Of a DNA stretch of 64,000 bases, positions 19,035 to 28,908 are shown piece by piece (the first letter of the stretch is position 1; each line of letters begins with the position of its first letter). This DNA is from Nitrosopumilus sp. (GTDB lineage Archaea; Thermoproteota; Nitrososphaeria; Nitrososphaerales; Nitrosopumilaceae). Where the stretch lies: positions 2,240,001 to 2,304,000 of the forward strand of contig OZ245003.1 of NCBI GenBank assembly GCA_965223425.1, written 5' to 3'. Below the pieces are notes generated by a model. It worked only from the letters and a program-made list of their open reading frames with translations. It did no database searches and was not told the origin of the DNA. The translations under genes were made by a program, and so were the position numbers.

Positions 19035-19204
19035 CGCCCACAGTGGGTGCGGGTCTAAAGCAACGGTAGGAAGCGATCGGAGCGCTTGCAATACTCCTTT
19101 CCATTTTTTATCCATATTGTGACTCTTGATATCTTGTGTGATCCAAGGACGATTCTGACGCCATAATTGCAAGGTTTTTACGGTTCAACACGGTTTGAGG
19201 GTTA

Positions 19205-19924
19205 ATGCACATGTCATACACAGATGAATCGGGAGTGCCACACGGCGGAAAGAGGGAGGGAAAGTTCTTTATCCTTTCCGCGGTAATGGTAGAGGATTCA
19301 CACTGGAATGAGATCAATGCAGATATAATCAAAATCAAGCAGAAACACTTTCCAGATATTGATCCCGATGTGCTAGAAATTCACATGTATGACATTTTAC
19401 AAAGTAAAAAAGAATACGTGGGAATTACAATTGAACGGCGTGACGCATTTTTGACAGATATTTTCAATATTTTCAAAAATCATGAGTTGGCAGTGATATC
19501 CATTGTGATAAAAAAGAAAGAATTGGAAAGCAAATACGATGTGGAGCATCTGGAAAAAACTGCCTGGAAAAGCTTGGTTGAACAAATTGAAGGATTTCTG
19601 GCCTCAAGAGAAAAATATGGTACCGGGGTAATGATTGTGGATTCTAAGGGGCGATATGAAGACGCGAGAATTAACAGATATGTAAAAACAGCCAAGAAGA
19701 ACGGCATCAAAGGCACCCCCACAAGTCACTTGATTGAGGATGTTTTCTTTACCAGCTCAGATGAGCGAAATTTTGTGCAGCTGGCCGACGTGGCGGCACA
19801 CTGCACCCGCCAGCACATGTATGAACGGTCCGATATCGAAAACTATTGGAGGGTGTTTGAATCCAAGCTTTGGTGCGACGATTCGGGAGAATGTGCCGGT
19901 TTTGGTTTAAAGATCATTTCATAA
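19205..19924 (+). CDS. DUF3800 family protein (RNase H-like fold)
   Basis: YTDESG N-terminal and VQLAD C-terminal motifs; GLK end. Confidence 0.88.
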   Translation: MHMSYTDESGVPHGGKREGKFFILSAVMVEDSHWNEINADIIKIKQKHFPDIDPDVLEIHMYDILQSKKEYVGITIERRDAFLTDIFNIFKNHELAVISIVIKKKELESKYDVEHLEKTAWKSLVEQIEGFLASREKYGTGVMIVDSKGRYEDARINRYVKTAKKNGIKGTPTSHLIEDVFFTSSDERNFVQLADVAAHCTRQHMYERSDIENYWRVFESKLWCDDSGECAGFGLKIIS

Positions 19925-20469
19925 GGATCGAGAAACGCCGAGTATTCGTGACAGCTAGTCCCCACATGTCAAAATCTGGATTCATGCGTGATTTTGATCG
20001 GATTTGACACCAATCTGTTAAATATCACCAGTTGGTAGTTATGCTGGGTCAAATGATCCCGGAGCTAAGAACGGCAAGTCTGCGGTACCTGGCTTCGTTT
20101 TAATTCTCTAAAACAAGTTATTCTATATCTTTGTGCGGCACTAAAAATAACATCCCCATTCCAATCTAAAATAGAATTACGCTAAAGTTTTCATCAATCA
20201 TATAACTCAATTCACAAATGATTAAAATTTGATAATTTCCGATGAATCTTGATACTAGATTTTATGCACATCCATGTGAATTCTTTAGACATTATGCAAT
20301 TGACCCGTCAAATTTTTTTTCTACAGCGCAAGCCATCAAGATACAAAGGCAAGTAAGTCCAAAAAATAACCCCGTCTGGCACAAAATATACGATCACTCA
20401 ACAGATCCGGGAGAATTCAAGCGCATATATGCGCACCATTCCAGTGCATCATGCACCCCGTATCATACA

Positions 20470-21103
20470 TCAACAATCAAGTGACGGCCGCTTTCTTTTT
20501 GCATCCCACAGCAAACCAAAGTTCGCAAGGCCGGTACACACAACCAGCTCCTCGTGAAACTCCTCTACCGTGCCGCCATACGGGTCTGTCATCCTTGCCC
20601 ACTGCTTTATTCTTCTGATGGAGTGCTCCACCTTTACCCTCTTGGCACTGATCCTTTTGTTAGAGTCCTTTTGCCGCTGTGTCAGCTCCACTCGTGGCTT
20701 CTTTTTTTCTGGCATCTCAAGTGCTATTCCCGCGTAGTGATTGGCATCCCTGGTATCAGGCCTGCCTTGTTTGTTATTGTGGTGGTGTTAATCGTAAAGC
20801 GCTTCTTTTTGCCAGAGTACGTGTCTTTTCTTTTATCCTTGTCCTGCGGACGCTGCCTTGGCACCTCGGTGCCGTCAATTATGATGGTCTTCTTCGGTAT
20901 TAGCTCTTCTAGTTGCTCTGCAGTATTGGCATTCTTTATGAGATCAGTTATCTTATCGGCTGTCGGCAGAATCTCTGCCAGCACGGAATCTGCAAACTTG
21001 AGGTACCTGCACACAGTGGACTGGTCAATATCAAACAACACACCCAAGGCATCCTGTGTCACGTTTGAGCGCTTGCAGAACAGCGCCATGAGCAGAACAG
21101 ATC
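20470..21103 (-). pseudogene. IS5-like (DDE_Tnp_4) transposase remnant, frameshifted and truncated by IS630-B
   Basis: IIDGTE, YSGKKK and RVKVEHSIRRIK motifs spread over two frames. Confidence 0.85.
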
Positions 21104-21105
21104 TA

Positions 21106-22214
21106 TAGTCTCGAGCAAAAGTTCTTGAGATCAAATATGTTAGACAGAAATACATTTTGATCACGCCGCACCACGCATTGCAATGCCCACAGTAAAATCC
21201 GAAGACCTGAAGAAAGCGTACAAGAGGGAGAAGAACCCTCGTGTCAAGATCAGAATGGCGGCCGTAAACATGGTGTGCATGAACAATGAAAGCATTCAAC
21301 ATGTGGCAGACTCGCTCATGCAGTGCCCCAACTGGGTGTCCTTCTGGGTGGAACGCTTCAAGGAGGAGAAGGGCGGCATAGACGCCCTCCGGGATCTTCC
21401 AAAGACAGGCAGGCCGCCAAAGGTTCGGTTGGACAAGATTGCAAGGGTTGTATCAGATGCAAACAGCAGCGGCATTATTACGCCAAAAAGACTCAAAAGC
21501 GACATACAAAAAAGATTCAAAGTAAAATACCACATAACCAGCATCAGAAAGATAATGCACAAGCTTGGAATGTCTGCCAAGACGGCTCAGCGCATCCACA
21601 TCAGCAGGGCAGAAATTGACAAAATCAAAAGGTGGCAACACAATGCAAAAAGGCGGATTTCACGCCTGGAATTGAAGGGTTTTACAACTGTCGTTTTTGA
21701 CGAATCGATATTCATCGACGATCCTGCAAGTGGCGCAAAGTACTGGTCACCAAAAGGGGAGCCAATCACAACGACATACAGGGGACGGCACGGCAGGGTG
21801 GTGGTGGCATACGGCTCCATTGCGACAGACGGCAGGCAGTTCTTTAGGACATATGACAGGTTTGACAAGGAGACGGTTCTGCAATACATCAGGGAGATGA
21901 CAAGTCATTTTGGCAAGGTGACAATCATCATGGACAACGCGCCGCAGCACAAGGCAAGGATTGTAAAAGAGTTTCTTGCAGGCAACCCCGATGTCAGGAC
22001 AATATGGCTTCCGACTGCAACGCCTGAGCTCAGTGTAGTTGAGGAGTACTGGCATCAGGCAAAACGGGACGTGTCGGTATCTGAATATTACGCTACGGTT
22101 GTGCACATGCGCCATGCAATGTCAGAATATTTCAGGACAGCCCGTCCCAAGCTTGATGCGATGAAGTTTATCTGTAGAAGGTCGCTCACTCTCAAAAACT
22201 TTTGATTGACACTA
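21106..22214 (+). mobile_element. IS630-family element B, copy 1
   Basis: About 25-bp imperfect TIR TAGT...ACTA with TA on both sides. Confidence 0.92.
21183..22205 (+). CDS. IS630 transposase
   Basis: FDES, MDNAPQH and PELSVVE motifs. Confidence 0.93.
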   Translation: MPTVKSEDLKKAYKREKNPRVKIRMAAVNMVCMNNESIQHVADSLMQCPNWVSFWVERFKEEKGGIDALRDLPKTGRPPKVRLDKIARVVSDANSSGIITPKRLKSDIQKRFKVKYHITSIRKIMHKLGMSAKTAQRIHISRAEIDKIKRWQHNAKRRISRLELKGFTTVVFDESIFIDDPASGAKYWSPKGEPITTTYRGRHGRVVVAYGSIATDGRQFFRTYDRFDKETVLQYIREMTSHFGKVTIIMDNAPQHKARIVKEFLAGNPDVRTIWLPTATPELSVVEEYWHQAKRDVSVSEYYATVVHMRHAMSEYFRTARPKLDAMKFICRRSLTLKNF

Positions 22215-22377
22215 TAGTTATGTTAGGGATCTTGGGCATCACGGTATGTTGTGTCCTCGAATTGATAAGAGAATTACGAATATTAGAAGCACAAATTGAC
22301 AGATGGAGAGATAATATTACATCAGATGAAAACGAGCGATAATGTATGGCTCTAGAAATTTCCAGTCAGGTTATTAA

Positions 22378-22687
22378 TTACTTGTTTAATGATTTTTCTA
22401 TGATGTTTAACATAGGACTCAATTCGTCTCTTAATGTGGTAAAATCATCCTTGAGTTTTTGAAAAAGCTTTTGACCAAATTCGTATTCTCCTGTTCTCTG
22501 GATTTCATCAAAAGCTTTTCGTGCAATCACCATTGGTTTAGCATCATTTGATGATGTTTTTCTAATTTTCTTCATTGCGTCAGTTACCAGCTTGATTCGG
22601 TATTCATCAAAATCAGGTAATGGTGATTTTTGTGCCAATATCATAACTACTTGAAATATTATTATTTTAAATGTTTTTAATATGTCA
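22378..22687 (-). CDS. Hypothetical protein or C-terminal fragment truncated by ISH3-A
   Basis: Open frame running into the IS end. Confidence 0.4.
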
Positions 22688-23991
22688 CAGTAGTTGGGAT
22701 TGTACATTTTGGATATAGGCCAAACTGATCATTTTGAGAACAAAACACGATCAACCAGATCCAAATACAAGGCATGCTCACCCACCTTAACATGTACGAA
22801 AAAGATGGGCAAACACACCAACAGAACCAAGACATCAGGGGGTTTAAAATCTTCCAGTCCGCACTGCAGCGCCTGAACCTTGCCTTTGGCACAAGACACA
22901 ACACGCTGTACTGCCTCAGGGATGCAGCGCACATGCTGCTGGTCATGGCCAGCTCCAACGGATACGCCAACGGCGCGCGAGATCTCGGCTCTCCCGGCAT
23001 CCGCATGCCGTCGGGCAGCTGGCTGCTCAAAAAGCTGCGCATCACAAAGCCGGACAAGATGAGCTGTTTCTGCGACCAGATGATGCATGATACGGTCAAC
23101 ACGGCATGCCGCAGCATGAGGCGACGCATCAGCAACGAAACAACGGTAGCTGCAATAGACAAGCACAAGATTCCGCACCATGACAAAAACCCCGACCTCA
23201 AACACCTCATACAGTCAAAATACGAGTCAGGAACGTACAGGTTTGAGTCATACATGACATCCAAGATGGTGCAGGGCGGCAAAGAGGCCAACCTGTGCTT
23301 CAGTCCGGTCACCCGGGGTACATCCAACGGCGAGTTCGTGCGTAAAACCATCAAAAAGTGCTCCAAGCTGCACCTTGGAATCAATCTTTACCTTCTTGAC
23401 AGGGAGTTTTACGCAACAGACGTGATGCGGACTGTCAGATCGCTTCACAGGCATTTTATCATGCCGGCAAAAAAGAATGCCGGCATCAAGCGCGCCATTG
23501 TACAGCACGCCCAAGGAAAGCGCGGTGATGTCTCCAGGTACACCATAAAATCAGGCTCCGAAAAGTTCACGTTCAACCTGGTTCTGATCAGGGATGACGC
23601 CAGGAAAAAAGACGGCACCATGTTTGACAGGTATCGCGCATTTGCAACGTCGCTGCCATGCGAGAATGAAAGGGACGTTGTCAAGTACATCCCAGAGCAG
23701 TACAAAAAACGTTGGGGAATTGAAACGGGGTACAGGTCTGCAAAGAGCGTACGCGCGCGCACTGCCAGCAGGAACCCCTCCGTACGGATGCTTTTGTTTG
23801 TCTTGTCACTGGTGATAAACAACATCTGGATAGGCCTGCGTCGCACGGCGGGCAGACAAAGATATCATGTGACGCTTGCCGGTGTTTTAAACAGGATGAT
23901 CCGCGTGTTTGCAGAATATGTGTATGCCAGGTGGCCACCGCCTATCGGGTGATTTGTGGGCTGTTTTGGAACGGTACAATCCCAACTACTG
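22688..23991 (+). mobile_element. ISH3/IS4-like element A, copy 1
   Basis: Perfect 18-bp TIR CAGTAGTTGGGATTGTAC; no target duplication. Confidence 0.9.
22774..23952 (+). CDS. ISH3/IS4-type DDE transposase
   Basis: AAID, LDREF and YKKRWGIETGYR signature. Confidence 0.9.
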   Translation: MLTHLNMYEKDGQTHQQNQDIRGFKIFQSALQRLNLAFGTRHNTLYCLRDAAHMLLVMASSNGYANGARDLGSPGIRMPSGSWLLKKLRITKPDKMSCFCDQMMHDTVNTACRSMRRRISNETTVAAIDKHKIPHHDKNPDLKHLIQSKYESGTYRFESYMTSKMVQGGKEANLCFSPVTRGTSNGEFVRKTIKKCSKLHLGINLYLLDREFYATDVMRTVRSLHRHFIMPAKKNAGIKRAIVQHAQGKRGDVSRYTIKSGSEKFTFNLVLIRDDARKKDGTMFDRYRAFATSLPCENERDVVKYIPEQYKKRWGIETGYRSAKSVRARTASRNPSVRMLLFVLSLVINNIWIGLRRTAGRQRYHVTLAGVLNRMIRVFAEYVYARWPPPIG

Positions 23992-25999
23992 ACAGTATCT
24001 TCTATGATGGCCTGATTCACATCAATTGTTTCTTGATCTGATTTGCCCAAGACTTGTTCTGGAAAAAAGTTGGTTCCTAATTCCAAGAAACCAGCATACT
24101 CCCCATATAATGACATGATTAGTGATTTGATGGAAGATATTTCGCCTATTGGGAGGCCAATATCTTTTGCCTCACGTCTTGTTATCAAATATTGGTGAGA
24201 GAATCTCTCCTTTAACAATTCTTTGACAATTTTGGAATTTTTTTGCTTGTTGGTACAGTGAAATTTTAGTAGCGTATTTGCCATGTATTCTACTTGGTTT
24301 TCTGCCCTCTTTATGGCACCTAGTGTAACTGGATGAATGTTTGACGTAGTGAATTGGATTAACAATCGCTCACAAAACAGACAACATTATTCAACCACAA
24401 GATCTAGATCCCAGTGTATGGCAGAATCCGCATGAAATACAACGATTCCATAGTAATACCGGCAGACAAAAGATTCCTGTCCGGCGTCTCCAGTGCGCGC
24501 CTGCGCAGCATGCAAAAAAAGGAGACAGATCCCAGGGCCGCAGCAAGGCTGCTGGCATATGCCATGCGCAAGGAGGGCATGTCCATACGCCAGATATGCA
24601 TGGCCCTCAACAGGTCATATTCCACAGTACGGGACTGGCTTGTGCGCGCCGCACAGCTTGGCACCTACGGCAGGTACGACATCAAAAACAAAGGCGCGCC
24701 AAACAAGCTCGATCCGGAACAGACAAAGCAGCTGCGCGCAGACCTGCTGGCAGGCCCGCGCAGTTGCGGCTTTGAGTCCGGAGTGTGGACGGCACCGCTG
24801 CTGGCCGTACACATCAGAAAAAAGTTCGGCGTGCAGTATGCCACTGTCAGCATATATGACATACTGCACAGGATGGGCTTTTCGTGCAGAAAGCCGCGTC
24901 CAAAGCACCCAAGTCAGCCTCAGAATCAGAGAAAAAAGAGTTTAAAAAAAAGCAGGGGAGGTAATCCGGAGTCATCCAGACCATACGGTGGTTACAGTTG
25001 ATGAGGCCTCCTTTATCATTGGGTGGAATACCAAGAACGGGTGGTACCTCAAGGGCAGGCCCGTCACCACTCCAGTCAGCCTGTCGCGCAAAAGGTTCTA
25101 CTCGTTTGGGGCGCTGTACGACGGCGGCTTTGACTGCAGGTTCTATGCCAAGGCCGACAGCTACAGCTTTGTGGACATGCTCGGACACCTGCATCTCAAG
25201 CACGGCAAGATCATCGTCTTTCTTGATAACGCATCGTACCACAAGTCAAAGATGGTCAATGATTTTGTCGACTCGTATGACGGCGACATAGTCCCTGTTT
25301 ACTTGCCCGTGTACACCCCGGAGCTGAATACCACGGAGGGGCAGTGGAGGCTGTTAAGAAGGGCCACTGCAAACGTGATGTATGAAAGCACAAAGGTGAT
25401 GAAGGAATCCATATGGACAATGCTGGATAGACGTGAGGTCAGGATAACAAGGATGAGCGGTTATTGATCCTAGTCACTACGCCAACAGTTTGAAGATTTC
25501 TACCATATTGCGAGAGTTGATTTTTGCATCATCACGAGCTAGTTCAAAATAACCCATTACGTCCTCAACATTTATTGGAATTGGAAGTGAAGGTGCGTTT
25601 GGAATTTGTTCCTTTGGACCAAGACTATGTGTGTGGTTGATGGGTCTATTGGGCTCAACTGTCCCACCTTGGACATGAATATGTTATCAGCCCCTAGGGC
25701 AATCAGTGTTCCGGTGCTAAGGCATTTGAATGGAACTATGACTTCAAATTTATCGCAATATTCTCTAATTAAATTCACTAGTCCAAATCCTGCATTAGTG
25801 ATCCCTCCCAATGTGTACAAAATCAGAGTTATTTTCTTTTGATGACCTATTGCATCTAGATGCTCATAAAATAATGGAATAACGTCATTGCCAATTCTAG
25901 TTTCAAAATTTCTTTTATCGCCGGTAAAATAGACTATAACCCTAGAGTTGGTCTTTTCTTCTAGTTCCTGATAAGATCAAGTCTTGTCCTGTCCACCAT
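23992..25999 (-). pseudogene. SDH/ClpP-class serine protease, frameshifted and split by IS630-A
   Basis: VIVYFTGD, LYTLGG, SxGTLIALGAD, LSPIDP and IHPVTLG fragments in order. Confidence 0.85.
24347..25479 (+). mobile_element. IS630-family element A, copy 2 (transposase frameshifted)
   Basis: Near-identical to copy 1; CG on both sides; ORF split into 24414..25001 and 24988..25467. Confidence 0.92.
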
Positions 26000-26156
26000 A
26001 AAACACCATAACATCCTTGATTTTAAAAGGTTTAAAAAAAAGGAAGTGGTTTTGAAAGCACCACGATAGCTCTCTGTCGTCGTTAACAATCCAACATATT
26101 CGGATCCACTGCGGCTCCGCATACCCTTATATTTTGGGTTCAAAGGTCGATAATAA

Positions 26157-26768
26157 TTGGCACGCAGAAAAGGTCGAGTAAAAGACAAGTGGAGAGAAAA
26201 ACGCTGGGTTACAGTAAATGCCCCAGACTCGTTTAACAGCGTTCCAATTGCTTATGTTCCAATTACCAGTGATGAAAATGCACAAGGCAGAATTATCGAG
26301 GTAACGCTTTACGACATTCTAAAAGGAGATCCTTCACAACATCAATACAAAATTTACTTCCAAATTGACAATGTTGATGGAGAAAAGGCATCAACAATTT
26401 TCAAAAGATTCGAATACTCGAAAGAATTTTTGCGTAGTCTGGTCAGGCGTGGCTCGTCAAAAATTAGTTTTATTATCGACATCAAAACAAAGGACGGGTA
26501 TGTCTTCAGAATTAAAGTGATTGCCCTAACACACAGACAGCTGAACACGTCTAGAAAACACGCTCTTAGACTACTTGCAAGGGATGTAATCAACAAGACA
26601 GTTCCAGAGATGACAGTTGAACAGTTTGTACAGGCTACTTGCTACAGCAAGATCAATTCAGACATCATGGCAGCGTTCAAGAAAGTGATCAGAGTAAGAC
26701 ACGTGGGCCTTGAGAAGGTAAAACTCATCAGAACCGCAGAGAAGGAAACAGTACTGCTTGAAGCATAG
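26157..26768 (+). CDS. rps3ae: 30S ribosomal protein S3Ae (eS1)
   Basis: KDKWREKRW and LRSLVRRGSSKI motifs. Confidence 0.96.
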   Translation: MARRKGRVKDKWREKRWVTVNAPDSFNSVPIAYVPITSDENAQGRIIEVTLYDILKGDPSQHQYKIYFQIDNVDGEKASTIFKRFEYSKEFLRSLVRRGSSKISFIIDIKTKDGYVFRIKVIALTHRQLNTSRKHALRLLARDVINKTVPEMTVEQFVQATCYSKINSDIMAAFKKVIRVRHVGLEKVKLIRTAEKETVLLEA

Positions 26769-26793
26769 ATAACAAAATCATTATTTTACAATC

Positions 26794-27222
26794 ATGTTTG
26801 ACAAGATAGAAGTGACAATCGGCGTAATCGTTCATGCAACTGAAGATATTTCAAAAATATTCCAATCTTTTGACGAAACCTTAGAGATTAAGGAAGAAAT
26901 TTTTGCAGTTCGGGAGACTAGAGGACATTTTGATAACCCAATAACTGTGTTAAATGCCAAAATTGTAAAAAAAGAGGCTCGGAATTTTCTGAAAAAACTT
27001 CTTGGATCGTTATCTGATGAGCAAATCAGTAAGCTAATTGAAGAAATTGATGAGCGTACGGTAGATTCGAGATTTCACATGAGACTGGACAAACAAGAGC
27101 TAATCAAAGGAAATCTCGTATTTGGAGAAAAAGACACAGTAAAATTAAAAATTCACACCCCGATTTACAACAAAAAAGACACAGTCAAAGCATTTACAGA
27201 AATTTTTCAAATTGCCAACTAG
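26794..27222 (+). CDS. Archaeal RNA-binding protein (DUF54-like)
   Basis: VHATED, GHFDNPI and RLDKQ motifs. Confidence 0.85.
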   Translation: MFDKIEVTIGVIVHATEDISKIFQSFDETLEIKEEIFAVRETRGHFDNPITVLNAKIVKKEARNFLKKLLGSLSDEQISKLIEEIDERTVDSRFHMRLDKQELIKGNLVFGEKDTVKLKIHTPIYNKKDTVKAFTEIFQIAN

Positions 27223-27252
27223 ATTAAATAGGAATAACAGAACTGTCCAATT

Positions 27253-27323
27253 TGGGAATGAGGAAATAACAGCCGCTCCAGTCTGAGCAAAAGCTATGAG
27301 GACGCCGCGACGAACCGACCCCA
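27253..27323 (+). ncRNA. Candidate C/D-box sRNA
   Basis: ATGAGGA...CTGA...ATGAGGA...CCGA boxes, terminal TGGG/CCCA stem, upstream TTAAATA and downstream T-tract. Confidence 0.65.
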
Positions 27324-27410
27324 TTTTTGAATCGATCGCAAAATTTTGTTACAGGTTCCTACATCTTGTCATGGTATTATTTTAAATACGGATAGACGAA
27401 CCTGATTATC

Positions 27411-28868
27411 GTGACAGATTATGATGTTATAGTTGCCGGAGGAGGTCTTGCAGGTACCATCACAGCACAGGCAATTTCCCATTATTCAAATCAAAATTTA
27501 AAGATCTTAATCGTTGACAGAAATCCAGAGTTTTTACCCGGCAGAAAATCATTAGCGGGTTGGGTATGTGGTGATGCGTGTTCCAAAGAGGCAGTGGATT
27601 TTATGTCAGATGGAATTAAAGTGGAATGGACTAGGCCAGAAATCGAGCATGATGTAAAAGGAGTTATGGCACTTTCGCCAGATAGGGAAACTGCAATTCC
27701 GTTTGACGGGGCAGGATACATGCTGAACCGTCAGAAACTTCCAGAAATTCAAAATGAGCGATGCAGGAAAGCAGGGATTGAGTTTGAGTTTGAGATAAAT
27801 CTTACAGGCTTGATTTACGAAGGTCAGCAAGCAGCCGGGGTTCAAGGAGTTGACAACAAAACAAAACAGCCTTTTAAGAAAACGGCAAGGCTTGTTGTTG
27901 ACGCAACAGGGGTAACATCCGTACTTAGAAATGGACTTCAAAACTCTACCAAGGTGGAAAAAAGAATAGACAGACGAGATCTGGAATCTACTGGCAGGCA
28001 CATCATGTATTTTGATCAGGGGGAAAAAGATCTTTCAGAATTTGATCCGGATTACTGCATAATCCATTTAGACCAGGACATTGCACCTGGCGGATATGGA
28101 TGGGTATTTCCTAAAGCAGACAACAAGGTCAACATCGGTTTAGGGGTTGAAAAATCACTTTTAGAAAGGCGGAACAAAAGACTGGGTAAAAAAGACAACG
28201 TTCAGTCACTGATGGAGGAATATCTTGTCAGAAACAGGGCAATCAGGAATGCAAGGTTATCAGAAGATCCAGAAGACATCAACAACAACTCTGGAGTTTT
28301 CCAAGTTTCAGTAAGAAGACAGAACGACTGCATGGTATCAGGAGGATACATGTTAGTTGGAGATTCTGCATGGATGCCAAAACCAATTGATGCAGGCGGG
28401 ATAGGACCGGCATTAATTGCAGGGACAATTATTGGAAACAACATATCTCAAGCGTTTGAAGCAAACGATGTTTCAGAGGCAGGCCTTTGGCAATACAACC
28501 TTGATTTCATCAGAGAGTACGGATACAAAACTGCAGGTCTTGAGCTTTTTAGAAGGCTGGTGCAGCAAATGAGCAATGAGCAGATTAGTTACGGAATGAA
28601 ACACTTTTTGGGAAATCTTGATGTTGAGTCAATCAGCAAGGGTGAGCATCCTGACTTTTCTGGTTTGGGTAAGATTGGAATGATCATCAGAGGTGCAATG
28701 AACAAAACAGTGGCAGATGGCCTCAGATTTACATCAAAAGAGAACCAATGGCTGGTAGAACATTACAACAGTTATCCAAAAAACCCCTCGGGTTTTGATG
28801 AATGGAACAAGACGCTGCATCAAAGAATGGACGCAGCGTTTGCAAAAGTAGAGGCGTTTGGAGATTAG
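27411..28868 (+). CDS. Geranylgeranyl reductase family FAD oxidoreductase
   Basis: GGGLAG, CGDA, GYGWVFP and VGDSA...GGI motifs. Confidence 0.88.
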   Translation: MTDYDVIVAGGGLAGTITAQAISHYSNQNLKILIVDRNPEFLPGRKSLAGWVCGDACSKEAVDFMSDGIKVEWTRPEIEHDVKGVMALSPDRETAIPFDGAGYMLNRQKLPEIQNERCRKAGIEFEFEINLTGLIYEGQQAAGVQGVDNKTKQPFKKTARLVVDATGVTSVLRNGLQNSTKVEKRIDRRDLESTGRHIMYFDQGEKDLSEFDPDYCIIHLDQDIAPGGYGWVFPKADNKVNIGLGVEKSLLERRNKRLGKKDNVQSLMEEYLVRNRAIRNARLSEDPEDINNNSGVFQVSVRRQNDCMVSGGYMLVGDSAWMPKPIDAGGIGPALIAGTIIGNNISQAFEANDVSEAGLWQYNLDFIREYGYKTAGLELFRRLVQQMSNEQISYGMKHFLGNLDVESISKGEHPDFSGLGKIGMIIRGAMNKTVADGLRFTSKENQWLVEHYNSYPKNPSGFDEWNKTLHQRMDAAFAKVEAFGD

Positions 28869-28908
28869 ATCTAATATTAAATATTGTTGAAATCCATCAA
28901 AACATACT

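Larger units (their letters stand above)
17754..26120. mobile_element. 8.4-kb island between serS and rps3ae bounded by an 11-bp direct repeat
   Basis: ATACCCTTATA at 17743..17753 and 26121..26131; imperfect inverted ends (17/26); removal restores a short serS-rps3ae spacer. Confidence 0.75.

Noticed and set aside
20351-22272. TAAG at both sides as the TSD of the IS5-like remnant
   Set aside because: No matching TIRs, and the right flank reads as an unrelated TM-protein C-terminus, so the match may be chance.
17960-25291. Many antisense and alternate-frame ORFs over the transposases
   Set aside because: Shadow ORFs expected in GC-rich IS sequence; no protein motifs.
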